Assembly (NCBI GenBank): GCA_009103225.1
Contig: RHPI01002262.1
Span: 62,001-126,000 of the forward strand
Origin: Chlorokybus atmophyticus
Taxonomy: Eukaryota > Plantae > Mesostigma and Chlorokybus algae
DNA: 64,000 bases
Direction: 5' to 3'
Position 1 is the stretch's first letter. Each line of letters starts with the position of its first letter. The notes under the pieces are model-generated. The model was not told the DNA's origin. It saw nothing but the letters and a program-made list of their open reading frames with translations, and searched no databases. The translations under genes and the position numbers were made by a program. Positions 13,661 through 26,500 of the stretch are shown one piece after another.

Positions 13661-14322
13661 GCAGTCTTATGCACTCTATATGCACTGCTTTGCATGCTCC
13701 AAGCATTAATGCATGTTAGCAGTGAAGTCCTTAATAGCATTTGCATCTCAATTCTTGGACCTGCAGTGCCATCGGTGTCATTAGATAACGACCATGCTTT
13801 AGGAACAAGGGTATGCCGTGCGTGAACTCATACTATGCATTCGTAATAGCAAACTCTTCTAATGGCACATACACATCCCAAGCTTCATATCTAGGTGATG
13901 TGTTCCTTCGCTGCACATCTTCCAACACACTCTTCTATACATCTGCATAAGGTATGATATGACATACAGCCTTGAACCACTGCAACACACAACTGAACAA
14001 CTTCCATCACTACCCTATGTGCGTGCGCAATGCAGTGCAAGTGCCAGTGCATGTGCTGCAGTGCCGTGTAATGGTAGGTAGCAGGCAGGGTGAAGCGAGA
14101 GAGAGGAACAACAACCACCTATTTGTACATCAATGACAAACTAACCCCTATGCAGCTGCAGAGTAGCGCACGTTACAACTGATGGCGAGCACTGCCGCTA
14201 AGCAAATCCAGCAATGTGGCATGGGTCTGTCGAAGCACATCAGGCCGCAGCCTTTGGGCGAAACTCGACGAGGGCCAAAGAGCCTGCACGCCTAGTCCAC
14301 TGGACTGCACCCCTTGCAACAC

Positions 14323-17120
14323 CTACCGACCGTGTGAGTGAGGACGTTTACACAACAACAACAACAACAGTTGCGACACACCACATGGTACGTAGTTGAT
14401 GACATCATTCATAACTGGTTGGCCGCAATCAGCTCTCAGCTCTCGTACTACCTGGTGGCATGTTGTGAGGTCCGTCCAGCCAGTTTCTCCAATGCTAAGC
14501 AGCTGCGCTTTCATCGACTTGTCGGCAAACACAGCTGCCTCAACAGCGGCGCGTGCAACTGCGGGCACAATGTACTCCGCAGGCAAGCGTCTGCTCTGCT
14601 CTGAGGTGCGAGTGTGCAACACCTGGGCTGCCGCACACCATCGTACTTTAGCAATCGCGTTGGACACAGCATCACCTGCTGCGGCTGGCGTGGCAAATGC
14701 AACCCCAACCACCTGCACACGTACACAACGTTGATCGACTACACGCCAACACACATGCGCACACAGCTGATAATGTTGGCGTACATTGGCAGGTCTGTCA
14801 GTGAGGACGGTGTGGTGCGGATGCGTATCACGAGAGACGTCATCATCACACCAAAGCATGTGAGCAAAGTCACAGACCATCAAGCGGCCCGCGGCATCGG
14901 CATCGATGCAGTATGTTGGGTCATGCACATCCACCAAACCGTCCACCAGCAGCACGTGCTCCAAGCCCATGTAAGCATCAAACGCCTGCACCATGAGGAG
15001 CATGCCCACGAGCAATGGAGATGGATACCGCATACATTGCAACTTCACCTTGTACATCCCGAGCTTGACCGCAACAGGCAGCGAATTGGCCTTGTGTGTG
15101 GGCCAAGTGTTGTCTAACGATTCATTAGGATACATGCGGAATGCCTTGTCTCTGATCTCATACGCTGCCACCATATCGGCTGGGAGATAGCCTGGAGTCT
15201 GGCTCTCACCCAAGTCCACGCAGTCCCAATATGGATACGCTTGCGACGTGAAGTTGGCAAACTGTGATCCCCACTGCCTCTGCCAAAACCGCAAGACTTG
15301 CATCAGGATGAGCACGCGTAGCCCTGTCGAAGAACACATTCACATCACACAACTTGGCACACATACCAGGTTGACGGCTCGGTGCTGAGCGTCTGGATAG
15401 AATGTGACTGAGCTGGGCCCGTACGGGAAGGGGCTTATCGTTGCTTGTCGCCAAACTGTAGTATACACCTGTGGCAGGTTGTGAGTGAGAATGTGTGTGT
15501 ACACGACTGCAACTGCAGTTCCAAGGCACACATGTGCTTGCAAACAAGCGCACGCACCGTGTCATGCCCTTCGTCCAATCCAGATGTGAACAAGGACCCG
15601 CGTGCATGTCCTTCATTCCCGCGCGTCATGTCAAGGAAGTAGCGATCCATGAATGCACGTGCACGGCAGGCGGCCGCAGCCTCGCTCAGCCCCGGAGCAG
15701 GCTTGACCTACATTGATCAGTAAATCAGTGACTATGGTTGCTGCTACGATAATAAAACAGAGCTGATGTGATAATAGGTGGTGCAAGCACCTGCTGCAGC
15801 AATTGCGGCCATCGCCAATCGTAAAACCGCGCGTAATTATCTGCAGCCAATGGGGACCACTTGTCGTCATCTCCCGGGTACAAATACGCGCGTATCTGGT
15901 CGGTTCTGTTCTGCAACAACATGACAACGAGTTGCCCATCCCCATCTTCCATCTTCAGCTTGTTTATCATGTGACAAGCGCGCCCTTGGCTAGAGCATAC
16001 ATAGACAATCCATAGCCAGCAGTGTGTGTCATGCTGCTGAGAAGTATGAGTCTGACTGCCATCATCACCGGCGACTCATACGGCGCCAGGGCATCGCCTA
16101 GCATCGCCCGTATGTAACCTGCACACGGCAAGTACTTGGCATTGATATGGTCACGCGATGCGATTTCATGCATACGCTATGTGCAATGCCACACACACAC
16201 GCGCACGCGCACGCGCACACACAGACACACATGCGCACGCATGCGCGCACACGCGCACGCGACCGTGACAGCAATTGGCAAAAGGTTTCGGCAAGTCATA
16301 CTGTGTAGCGTACACGAAATGGTGAGCGCACAGGAAAAGACGGGTCCAACACCTACTACTACTACTTCACACAAACCTGGGGTATCCAGTCCACGAGCAT
16401 TCCAGAAGCCGGTGCCCGCATACATGTTCCTCCTCCACTGCTCGGGATTGTTCTCTAAGTACTGCTCGTGCGGCAGCTGCCTGGTTGGGTGGGATGGATC
16501 CATCACACAACTGAAGTCATAAACTAAGGCCCCCAATCAAACTCACAGATGATGAGTAAAGTGTGTTTACTACTGTCACCTCAGCTGAAAAGACTTTGCG
16601 CAAGAGATCAGGGTCAGTTAGGCACACATGCTGCAGCTGCTACCAGGGCTGTGTATACGACAGTATGTATGTATGCATGTAAGACACACAGACGCAGAAG
16701 CTGCCGAGCAAATCAATTTGACGTTCAATCGTTGCTTCCTAAGGATGCCATCATACCAGCATGGTCACACTCAACTCACCTTGTCCAGTAGCCGTAGCTT
16801 GGGGCCTCCCAGACGGAGTAGTCTCCCTCAGGATCAAGGCGCTCGCAGGCTGCGGCTGCGGCTTCAGCTTCATGCTGTTGTCGCCGCTGCTGCTGCTCCA
16901 GGAGAAGGCGCCGCCCGCCCGCAGAGGATGCTGAACGCCAGCTGTGCGCTCCAGCAGCGACGGCGACAGGTGCCAGCTGCAGGAGGAGAGCGAGGAGGAG
17001 AAGCCACACCACCACAGCCGCAGGAGCAAGCCGCAATCTACTCACACGTTGCTGCTGCTGCTGCTGCTTCTGCTGCGGTTCCCTCCTAGCAAGCTTAGGC
17101 GCGCCACCATCACCAGCCAT
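14323..17120 (-). CDS. Multi-exon type II membrane/secreted protein, possibly a GT-B glycosyltransferase; exon structure only partly resolved
   Basis: ATG 17120, hydrophobic segment LAPAAVVVWLLLLALLLQLAP, donor AG|GTGAGT at 16780, several spliceable protein-like exons (about 16510-16377, 16118-16060, 15960-15794, 15700-15560) and a long 3' ORF 15339-14323. Confidence 0.5.
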
Positions 17121-20100
17121 GAGCCAGACACCAGCGCCTCGAACGGAGGGCTGCTCAGCTCGTGTGGGCGGGCTGGCACTCGTGGCTGCTTGAAGAGAGA
17201 AGGCTTCATTTTGAGTTCTACGCCGTGGTACACCTCGGGGTACACGTCCAAGTTGTGCCCACATCCGACCGCGCTAACATTCCGCAGGCCACAGACAGTC
17301 AACAACTCACGCTTATTATCATTATTATCGCTTAGCCTGTCACATCAACTTGACACCACATCACAGCAACAGCGGCGCAGAGAAGAGCAGGAGGAGGGTG
17401 TGAAGGGGGGTGAAGTGCCAGGGTGTGTAGACAGAGAACAGGGTATGTGGTCTTGCATGCAAGTAGTGCGAGTCACACCCATCCGTCAAGACAGGCCAGG
17501 TCACTGAGACCACCAGTAGTAGAGCGTTGCTCTTTCTTCATGACATATGCCTCCCAATACGGTGTACAGTGCTGCGCTACCGCAGAAGCGGTCCCATTGG
17601 CCTTTCTTCAACCTCCGTAGTGCAAGCACAAGACTTGTTGTGGTCATCAGGCTTATGAGGTGCCCAAGTTAATGTGTACAAGAACTGTAGGAACTCGTGC
17701 AACTTGCAAATATGCTATGCTATGCTATATACCCTATGCTTGAGCATGCTACCACAAGCCCAACCAACAACAAGCGTTCACCAACTTGCAGCACATGTTA
17801 TGGTCAGTACAGTACAGTAGTAAAGGTAGATAGGTAGGTGACTACAGTGTAGGGGTGCGGCTGATTGGGGGGGCCGGCATTTCGGGTCATTTTCACCATG
17901 CACAGGCTTCCCACACAAGCCACCCACGACTGTTGGGTTGCGCGGCAGTATGCGCGGCCCGCCTGCCTCTCACCAGCTGGGCGGCGACTACTGGCCTTTC
18001 CGCCGTTGGATCCACATGAGATGCAATTGCTCTATTACATGCCCATGAAATGTCAAAATGGCCAATCATAAAAGTGAACATGAAGGAACATGTTTTCATA
18101 TTATCATGCATAACCGGCGGTGACCCAGGGTAACCAATCATTGCAATGAATGCCCGATTCAACTAATCATATCCAATACTGACACACAAGTCTTTAATTA
18201 ATGGATATCGCATAATGCGTTTTTAAGTTACCCCGTGTATCGTAAACATAGCATTCAACCACGCTAACACTTATTGTTTCAATGTTACCATAACATTGAA
18301 ATGCTGGTATACTTCAGATCCTGAGTTACCAATGCTGCGGTCACCACTTTTCGGCTAAAAATGTTCATTTTGAAGTTAACAATTGTGAAACTAAATCCAA
18401 GAATTATTACACATTTCGGGCCAAAACTATTTACAAGACAATCCATACTGTTTACTGTTGTGGTAGCAAATGGAAAAAATAAAATCAAAATGCTTGACGG
18501 GGGCCGTACGCGAGCCGTTTGTGTCTCTACAGTTTCAAAGAATTAGTCGTAGCACACGATATTGTAACATTTTAAATTCAAGGTAAATTCAACCAAATTA
18601 GCGTCGTTTGACCACCATTTGATCACATACCACGATAAGGTTGATAAATTTGCTAACCATGACAAACGCCGTTGCCGCGGATGTGCAAATTACTGCAGAT
18701 GCTCTGAAGAACCAAAGGTGGTGGCACGTTTGTGCACATGCACACCACCACATACGCACATGCGCATGAACGCCAACGTGCGTGAACCCGCTCATGCCGG
18801 CACATACACACACTCTCACACAATGATGGATTTTCGCATGCAAACCGCAATAGAGAAGAGCAGAGAGGTGAGCATTGCCAAGGTTGCGGCAGCTGCAACA
18901 ACGACAACAATGCGTCAATGCGTACAGCCAGCCCCCCCCCGGCGCCATCTGATATCTTGCGTTACAAGTTCAAGTTAGCAGTAGCCTTTAATTCGCAATG
19001 CCATGGTGTAGTATTGGAGCAGCCTGCTCTATACTAAGCATTCACGCAGCATGAAATGCTAATCAGAGCAACGCTATATCAGTGCAGCATTTGCAAGTTA
19101 CGAGTTATGCAACCCTTGTGATATGGGTGTCGATGACAAACACATATAACAACCACAATGTTGCAATGAGCTTGGTAAAGACTGTGTTTTGCGCGTTGAC
19201 AGCATGACAAAGGCTGATACTATTGTGAAATGATGAGTTTTTTGAATGGTTCCTCACGGATGTGAATCATGCCTTAATGTGACAATCGCATGGTTCCTCA
19301 CCTCAACTGATGTTTGTTGTTAATATCACTTTCTCATGACAAAGCATGATAGACTGAATTGCCAACACATAGGAAGAAAGCATCAAGCAGCGGGGCAGGT
19401 TCGCAAGGCATGATGTCATCACCTACACAACAGCGTATACACGATGTATATCTGCACATTCATTTGTGCGCATATACTCATACAACTCCTCTTACGCCGC
19501 TGGTATAGGTAAGCGCTGCGCGCCATCGGTCTGCGTGTCTCTTGCCTATAGTATACCTGCTTTGGTCCTACACGCACACAAATACAAGTATCCCTCCGAA
19601 GACTATGCCTAACCTAGTTGAGCTCAAGTGATCAGTATAGTTGATAACTATACGCGCGCGCGCGCGTGCATGCATTCATTTGACAGGCCAAAGGACTATT
19701 GTGCGTGTGTTGTCGTGAATAACCAACGACCTACTTGTCTCTATAACTGTAGCATGCTTGAATACACAAGCAGACATATGCTATGTCTGCTTGTGTTTCA
19801 AGCCCCTCATTTACCCTCTACATGTGTTCATATGCGCACGGATGACCAACTACCGGGTTTGGACATAGCAATGCATGATGTGCATAGCAAAGTTGACTAA
19901 CACAGTGTGCACAAGCAACACACGTAGAGCATGCACGCTCGTGCGACACACGTTTCACATTGATATCAAGTGTAGAATGTCAGCAAACTATGTGAATACA
20001 ACTTGCTATCCCGCACAACTGCCACACAGCTACGGCTTCATACACTACCACACAGCACAGCATACAAGTCCTCGTTATCACCAACATGACAGATGACAAC

Positions 20101-20148
20101 ATATACAACGGTAACATGCACACACACAGCCCGTTGCACCTTGCTACT

Positions 20149-22569
20149 CTACTCGCCTCCATGAACTTGCGCAGACACTGTCAGCCACTTGGCATAATCA
20201 CCTCTCATCAGAAGAGCCCGAGCTCGAGCCTGATGGTCATTGATAGAAAGCTTTGCCATGGAGGCAGCGAAGGTTGTTGCATCATCGAGCGAAGCCACCT
20301 CTGTACAAAAGATTGAATTATGTGTGTTCATGCGTGTCAAGCGATGTATCATCATATGCGTGTTTGTTATTACCATAGTCAGTTGGGGTGCCATCGATGA
20401 CTCCGCGACCGTTGCGCCCTTCACCCCACATGATAATGTGTCCCCACTCATCACGCTTGGCCCTCACTGTCTGGCCTGCACACACAAGCTTGCATAAGCG
20501 CCACTTATGCGTGTTGGCACACATATCTGCGCACAAGTCGCTCTCACACTTACCAAGCACGCCGTGTGCTTGTGTCGAGAGTCTGTTTGTAACAAAGGAT
20601 GAGCCACACATATCAGACGGTCACGAGTGCAATGTATGCATGCACAGAAAGGAAGCAGATGCAATCAAGAAAGCCTGCCTGATGCTGTTGAGTTGCAGGT
20701 CTATGTACATGCCGTGGTGGATGCGGATGTAACAGTCGGGTGCTGACATTGTCACCATGGGTGAGTTCCAACCAGCATCCTGAAACAGCAACAATGAGTG
20801 AGTACAACGGGTATCGAGAAAACAAAGAAGTATCATGACAGACGCACACAAATATACACACTGTCAAGCGCGCACACGCGCACACACGCGCATGTTGGCA
20901 ACCCCACACCTTCCAACTGCGAGTAATATTGACGCTTTCATCCAGCTGAACGACTTCTCCTTCAGCGCTATCGATAGCAACTCCATCCCACTTGGCAGAC
21001 TTTGAGCCAATACTGCTGCCAACCTGTTACCCACAAACCACACCCAACACAACATGTTGGTGACGACGCACAAGGCAACATGTTTATGCTAAGACAGTGA
21101 TGTCATTCACCTCAAGCCAAGGGGAGTTGAAGCCCAGGCGGACAGACACCGCGGATATCACCGTGGCGTTCGGGCCCCACTTCTCGTCATCCACGCGGTG
21201 GGCAAAGCGGCCGTTGACAACAAACCCACTCTGAGGGTCGTAGATCAGGCAGTAGGCCTGTGTGTGGGTTGGGGTGAGTGCGTGCGCGCGTGCGTGCGCA
21301 TGCCTGGTATGGATGTGCAGGCATAAGTGTGCGTGTGCGTGTGCTGACATGCGTGAAACCGTACACCAGGTGCACATGCGTGTCACGCACATGCTCACCA
21401 GGTGCTCACATGCACAGATGCGTGCGTGCGTACACCCGGTTACATTAACCCCACACCTCATCAGGCCAAGCACCCGTGACATTGTCAGGGCCAGAGCCCA
21501 TAAAGTCAAACTTCTGTCCAAGGAAACCCTGCACAGAAGGACAGGAGTCAAGTTGGCACACATGCACACATACATACGCATTGAGTGACGCATGCACACC
21601 TGGAAGTGCGGGTCTGCATAGCCGCTGATGAGCTCAATCGGCCCCGAAGCCACGAGCGATGTTGAAGGCGGGTATGCGCTAGCATTCACAACAAACACTT
21701 GCACAACCTCGACGGCATCTGTCGTCTCGATGTCCTGATGACCAAGGGGTTGGGTTGTTGTCAATCGCACTGAGCAGCAAACCAACAAGCAACATGCTGG
21801 CTCAACCCACCCCACCTCGATCAGATGTGTAAACGGATAGCAGCACCGGCTCACGCGCTGGAAAGCAATGCTCACAGTACCACTGGATAAAAGACAACAT
21901 CATCATCACCACCACCAACAACAACAACAGCACCAGCATTATCATCAAAAGCAACAACATGTGTACTTGACAGCCTCCGGGCAGGTGTCGGGAGTTGGGT
22001 TTACAGTCCACGGGTTGGGCGGGGGTTCGCTGGTGTTGTTGACGGTCGTGTTCTGGCACACGATGAACACGTCTGTTTCGGTGAGGAGTCGCACTGTGGC
22101 CAACGGGTACGTCAAACCGCTCAGCTCGAGGGTGACTGAGAGGGTGTTGCGCAAAATCTGAAGGCTAGCGGATCCCTGGACAGGCTGTACACATACACAT
22201 GTTCACGCACGTGCACACATACACATGTACACGTGCGCATGTGTGCGTGCTTGGGTGCGCGCGCGCATGCGTGCACGTGCACAAGCACACATGTGCACCC
22301 ACCAGCAACGGGTACATATACACGCACTCATGTCCGCACGCATCCGTTCTCAAAGTAGCACGCAAAATTGACAATGACAGCACGCCGATATCGATAGCAG
22401 TGGCTCTCACACATTCAATGATGGTGTGTGTGCGTACCGCCTGGAGGGTGTCATTGCTGATGATGTTGGCGCTGGCGATGAGCGGGGTGGGATCGGCACG
22501 GACAGGGATTAACACCACAATTACACACACCAACAGCAGGATAGACCCGTGCACACGTGGTGGCGCCAT
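20149..22569 (-). CDS. Secreted glycoprotein with C-terminal root-cap/VWD-like domain; exons 22569-22438, 22184-21967, 21882-21816, 21734-21600, 21528-21457, 21257-21111, 21023-20910, 20779-20679, 20582-20554, 20475-20374, 20300-20149
   Basis: Signal peptide (SILLLVCVIVVLIPVRA). The spliced product gives ADPHFQGFLGQKFDFMG...YCLIYD...VVNGRF and QAHGVLGQT...GVIDGTPTDYEVASL, matching remembered motifs of plant root-cap/late-embryogenesis domains; all phases are consistent. Confidence 0.75.
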
Positions 22570-23080
22570 AGAGATCACACAAAGAGTCTCACTACACCAG
22601 CAACAACAGCACTACCATCAACCACAACACTAACAACGACCGCAACAACGACAAACAGTACTTATATACCAACACCAATGCCGGCAACGACATTGATGTT
22701 AACGCCCGCAGCAGCTTGTCAGCATGCGTCAGGCGTCATGCAAGTACCCTATTTTGTGCCTTGGTTGGGCTGCTGCAAGAGGGACAGGGCTGCAAAGAGA
22801 CACACAGATTATCTGACAAGACCAACCGACATGTGTGTATGTGTGCGTCAAGTCATTGGTCCTTGAACTTGGCTTTGAGCATGATGTGTGCGCTCAAGGG
22901 CAACATTGCAGAGGAAATGAACAGTAAGCTACAACTGCTGCTCTGTGTACCTGGGAATTCTTTGATTTGGTAGTGTTTGGGCGTTATTACCAATGCAGTC
23001 CTCATTGCCAACATAAGTCGGCCCAAGCATGCAGTCTGACAAGCGCACCTCACTGAATGATAAACAGGCAAACGGAGTGC

Positions 23081-23117
<37 letters not shown>

Positions 23118-23504
23118 ACATTGGGATTGTCACCACGTTACGAGCCAATGACCAATGAAGATGATACCAACAGGTTTATCTGTATTATTTGGAGCGTAAC
23201 CCTCAACAGCCCCAACCCGAGTCTCAAGCAGTGCACGTCACATGCACATAAAATAAAGGCACAGGTACGCCTCGCTGCGTCGCCGTTTTCGGGCAGGCGC
23301 CTCTGCTTGCTTGCCCAAATCGGCGTGTGCACAGTGTGTGATATAAGCTGAGAGAGACACTCACAATGCGTCGCAGCAGTAGAAGTGCATGAAGAACGAG
23401 CAGCTTAGTGAAAGCACTGCAACAAGCAAGCAAGCAACCAGTGACTGCATCCACGAAACCAATAAAAGACCGCTAGTGCGGCGGCGTCGGCGGCGGCGTC
23501 ATCC

Positions 23505-26500
23505 ATGTCGTCGTCGTCGGCCTCGGCCCTCCCCCCCTCCCTGTCCGTCCCCTCCCTCTCCTCCCTGTCCTCCCTCCGCGACGTGGGCGCCATGGCCCGG
23601 ATGCTGGGCGACGCCCTGTCCCGGGAGCGAGCCGTGGAGGGCGACCTGGAGGGGCTGATGGGGATGAGGGGGGCGCTGGAGAGAAGAATCAGGGGGATCA
23701 TCACGTCGGCGGAGGTGAGTGCTGAAGTGAACTGGTGCACTTGTGTATGTGTGTGTGTGTGTGTGTTGGGGGTTTGGTTGCTGGTTGGTGACGTTTGCAT
23801 GATTGCTTTCAGTGCGTCGAGTGAGTTGTTTCTGTAAGAAGGTTGTTAAGGTTGTGCTGCTTGTCCCGCAACCAGAGTGTGATGTAAGCGTGTCTGCGCA
23901 ATGGGGATGATGCCTGCTCATGTTGCGCATACTTGTGTGGTCAGTGCATTCAGTTTTGTGGTTTCTGTATGCTGCCATCTGCACCCCTACTCACTTCATT
24001 GTGGCCAGCGAGTCTGGTTGTTTGTTGCATGCAATACACGCACCCACCCACCCACCCACCATGCGCGCACGCACGCACGCACACGTACACCCATGAGTCA
24101 GAGATAAATGTGCAACTACAACTGCGTGTCAGTCACAACATGAAACAACCGCAATGCCGCCAGACTGTGTGACTGATCATCTCTGTCGTATGTGCATGCT
24201 CATGCTCGCTGCATGTGCAACCGATCAGGTGTTGGATTTAGTGAAGGCAGAAGCGGAGCAGATGGCCTCGAGCGTGGGCTCCACCGCCGCCCTCGCAGAA
24301 CGCGTCTCAGGCAAAGTACGGCTGCGAATGCATGCATGCATGATGGCGTTGCGTGCCTGTCACACCCAATCACATGTCCATGCGCATGGTGTACACGTTT
24401 GAGCACACACGCATGCGCAGGACCACATGTGTGTGCATGCATACGCCTGTGCACATGGCCACGCACGCGCATGTGTGTTTGATATGATGTCTCACGATCA
24501 TATAACGTTCGATTGACACACAGGTGCGCGAGTTGGACCGCGCGCAAGGGCGTGTGAGCGAGTGCATAGCGAGGATCAGTACCATAGTGGACCGCGCCAA
24601 CTGCATCGAGGGCGCACGCACAGCCCTCGACGCCGCCGACTATGAACAAGCAAGCAACATGTTGCGCTTGTCCTGTCACAGAGTTAAAGTATATCTCTGT
24701 TGCTTGCTGCTGATTGTGTGTGGCATGCACAGGCGGCCCACTTTGTGCAGATGTTCGTGCAACTGGATGCTGACCTCGCGGGCAGCCCGGAATCAGAATC
24801 AAAGCAAGCCCACGAGCAGGTACATGTGTGTGTATGAGTATGATCACTGCGACTGCATTCGAAAACAGACACACATACACACACGCACGTGCAGTTGCAA
24901 GTGCACATTGCGACATGTGCACACACACGCGCTTGCAAGGATGTACAATCACCAATACGCACACGCACTCACGCACACACGCACGCTCACTCGTGCTTAC
25001 ACGCACACGCACACGCGCACAGAGCAGTGCGCACACGCAGCCACCCACCCACACGCACGCGCACGCGCACACACTCACACTCGCACTCTGTATCCCACAG
25101 CGTGCCGCGATGGCGTCCTCCCGTCATCGTCTCGAGCAGATCGTCCGTTCATCGTTCTCCGCTGCCGCCGAGTCGCGCGACCACGCGGCGGCTGTCAAGT
25201 ACGCGCGCCTGTTCGGGCCGCTCGGACTGCAGCAGGAGGGATTGTCTGCATATGTTGGGTACCTGAGAGCGGTGGTGGCAACGCATGCAAGAGACGAGTT
25301 TGAAGTGAGTGAAAAGGCCTGGCAGTCATACAACATGCATATGCGTATAGACAAGATTTGTGTATGTGCACACACGTGTTCACGTACGTGTACGGCTACA
25401 CGTACACATACACAAACCCGTTCACTTTACATGTACATGTACACGCACATATACACATACACAGACATGTACACCCACATGTGTATGGTCAGTGTACGTG
25501 TTGTACGTGTACATACACATACAAGCACATGCGCGTACACGCTATCACACCTGTAACATATGCCAATACTACTCACACTCTTCTCATCTGCAGGCTCTTT
25601 GTGACTCTTTGGATCGGCCTTCCGTTGTGCCCTCATCGCCGCGGCCAACATTTGTCGGTGTGCTGGGCAACCTGTTCAAGGACGTCGTGGCGTGCGTCGA
25701 AGACAACGAGGACATGCTAAGGGAGACGTTTGGGAACGACGCCGTGCTGCGAGCCATGGTCGAGCTGCAGGTATGTGTGGTGGCAGGGTGTGTGCACGTG
25801 GGTGAGCGATGCACACCCACATGAACACAACAACGACACATAGGCACGTGCGCACCCACACCCACACGCGCACACGCGCGCGCACATGTATGCGTGTCAT
25901 ACACGCGCGTGCACATGCACGCGATCATCGTGTATGCATATGTACAGCATGTGTGTATGTGTGTATGTGTGTCTGTGTGTATACTTATGCGCGTGTGGGC
26001 CAATAATGACACAAGGTTTTGGCTTGTGGGTCACAGGTTGAGTGCGATAGGAGAGGCGCGCAAGTTGTGAGTCGTTACATCGAAGAGAGGCGCATGAACG
26101 CGCTGGTGAAAGAGATCACCGCCAAGAAAGGCGGCAAGTCCGAGACCGAGCAGGTGTGATACCCAACATACTGGCTCGGCCCTTCATGTCTGTGAGCGTG
26201 TTTACCGGATGTATGTGTACGTGTGGATTTGCAGGTTGACCCGCGCACGGTGGAGGGATACCTGGAAGAGATGCTGCTGCTGGTGCAGACGACAGAGGAG
26301 TACACGCGCTTCATGCTCGAGAAGATGCGCGAGGCGCCCGCCACAACCACGTCCATACTACCCGTCGCAGCCAACTCGTTCAAGACCGGCCAACTCGCAC
26401 GCACGATACAAGTACGCACATGACTCAAGAAGAAGTATGCGTGTGGGCACACGTACATGTGCACATATATGCGCATGTACGTGGGCACGGACATGCGCAG

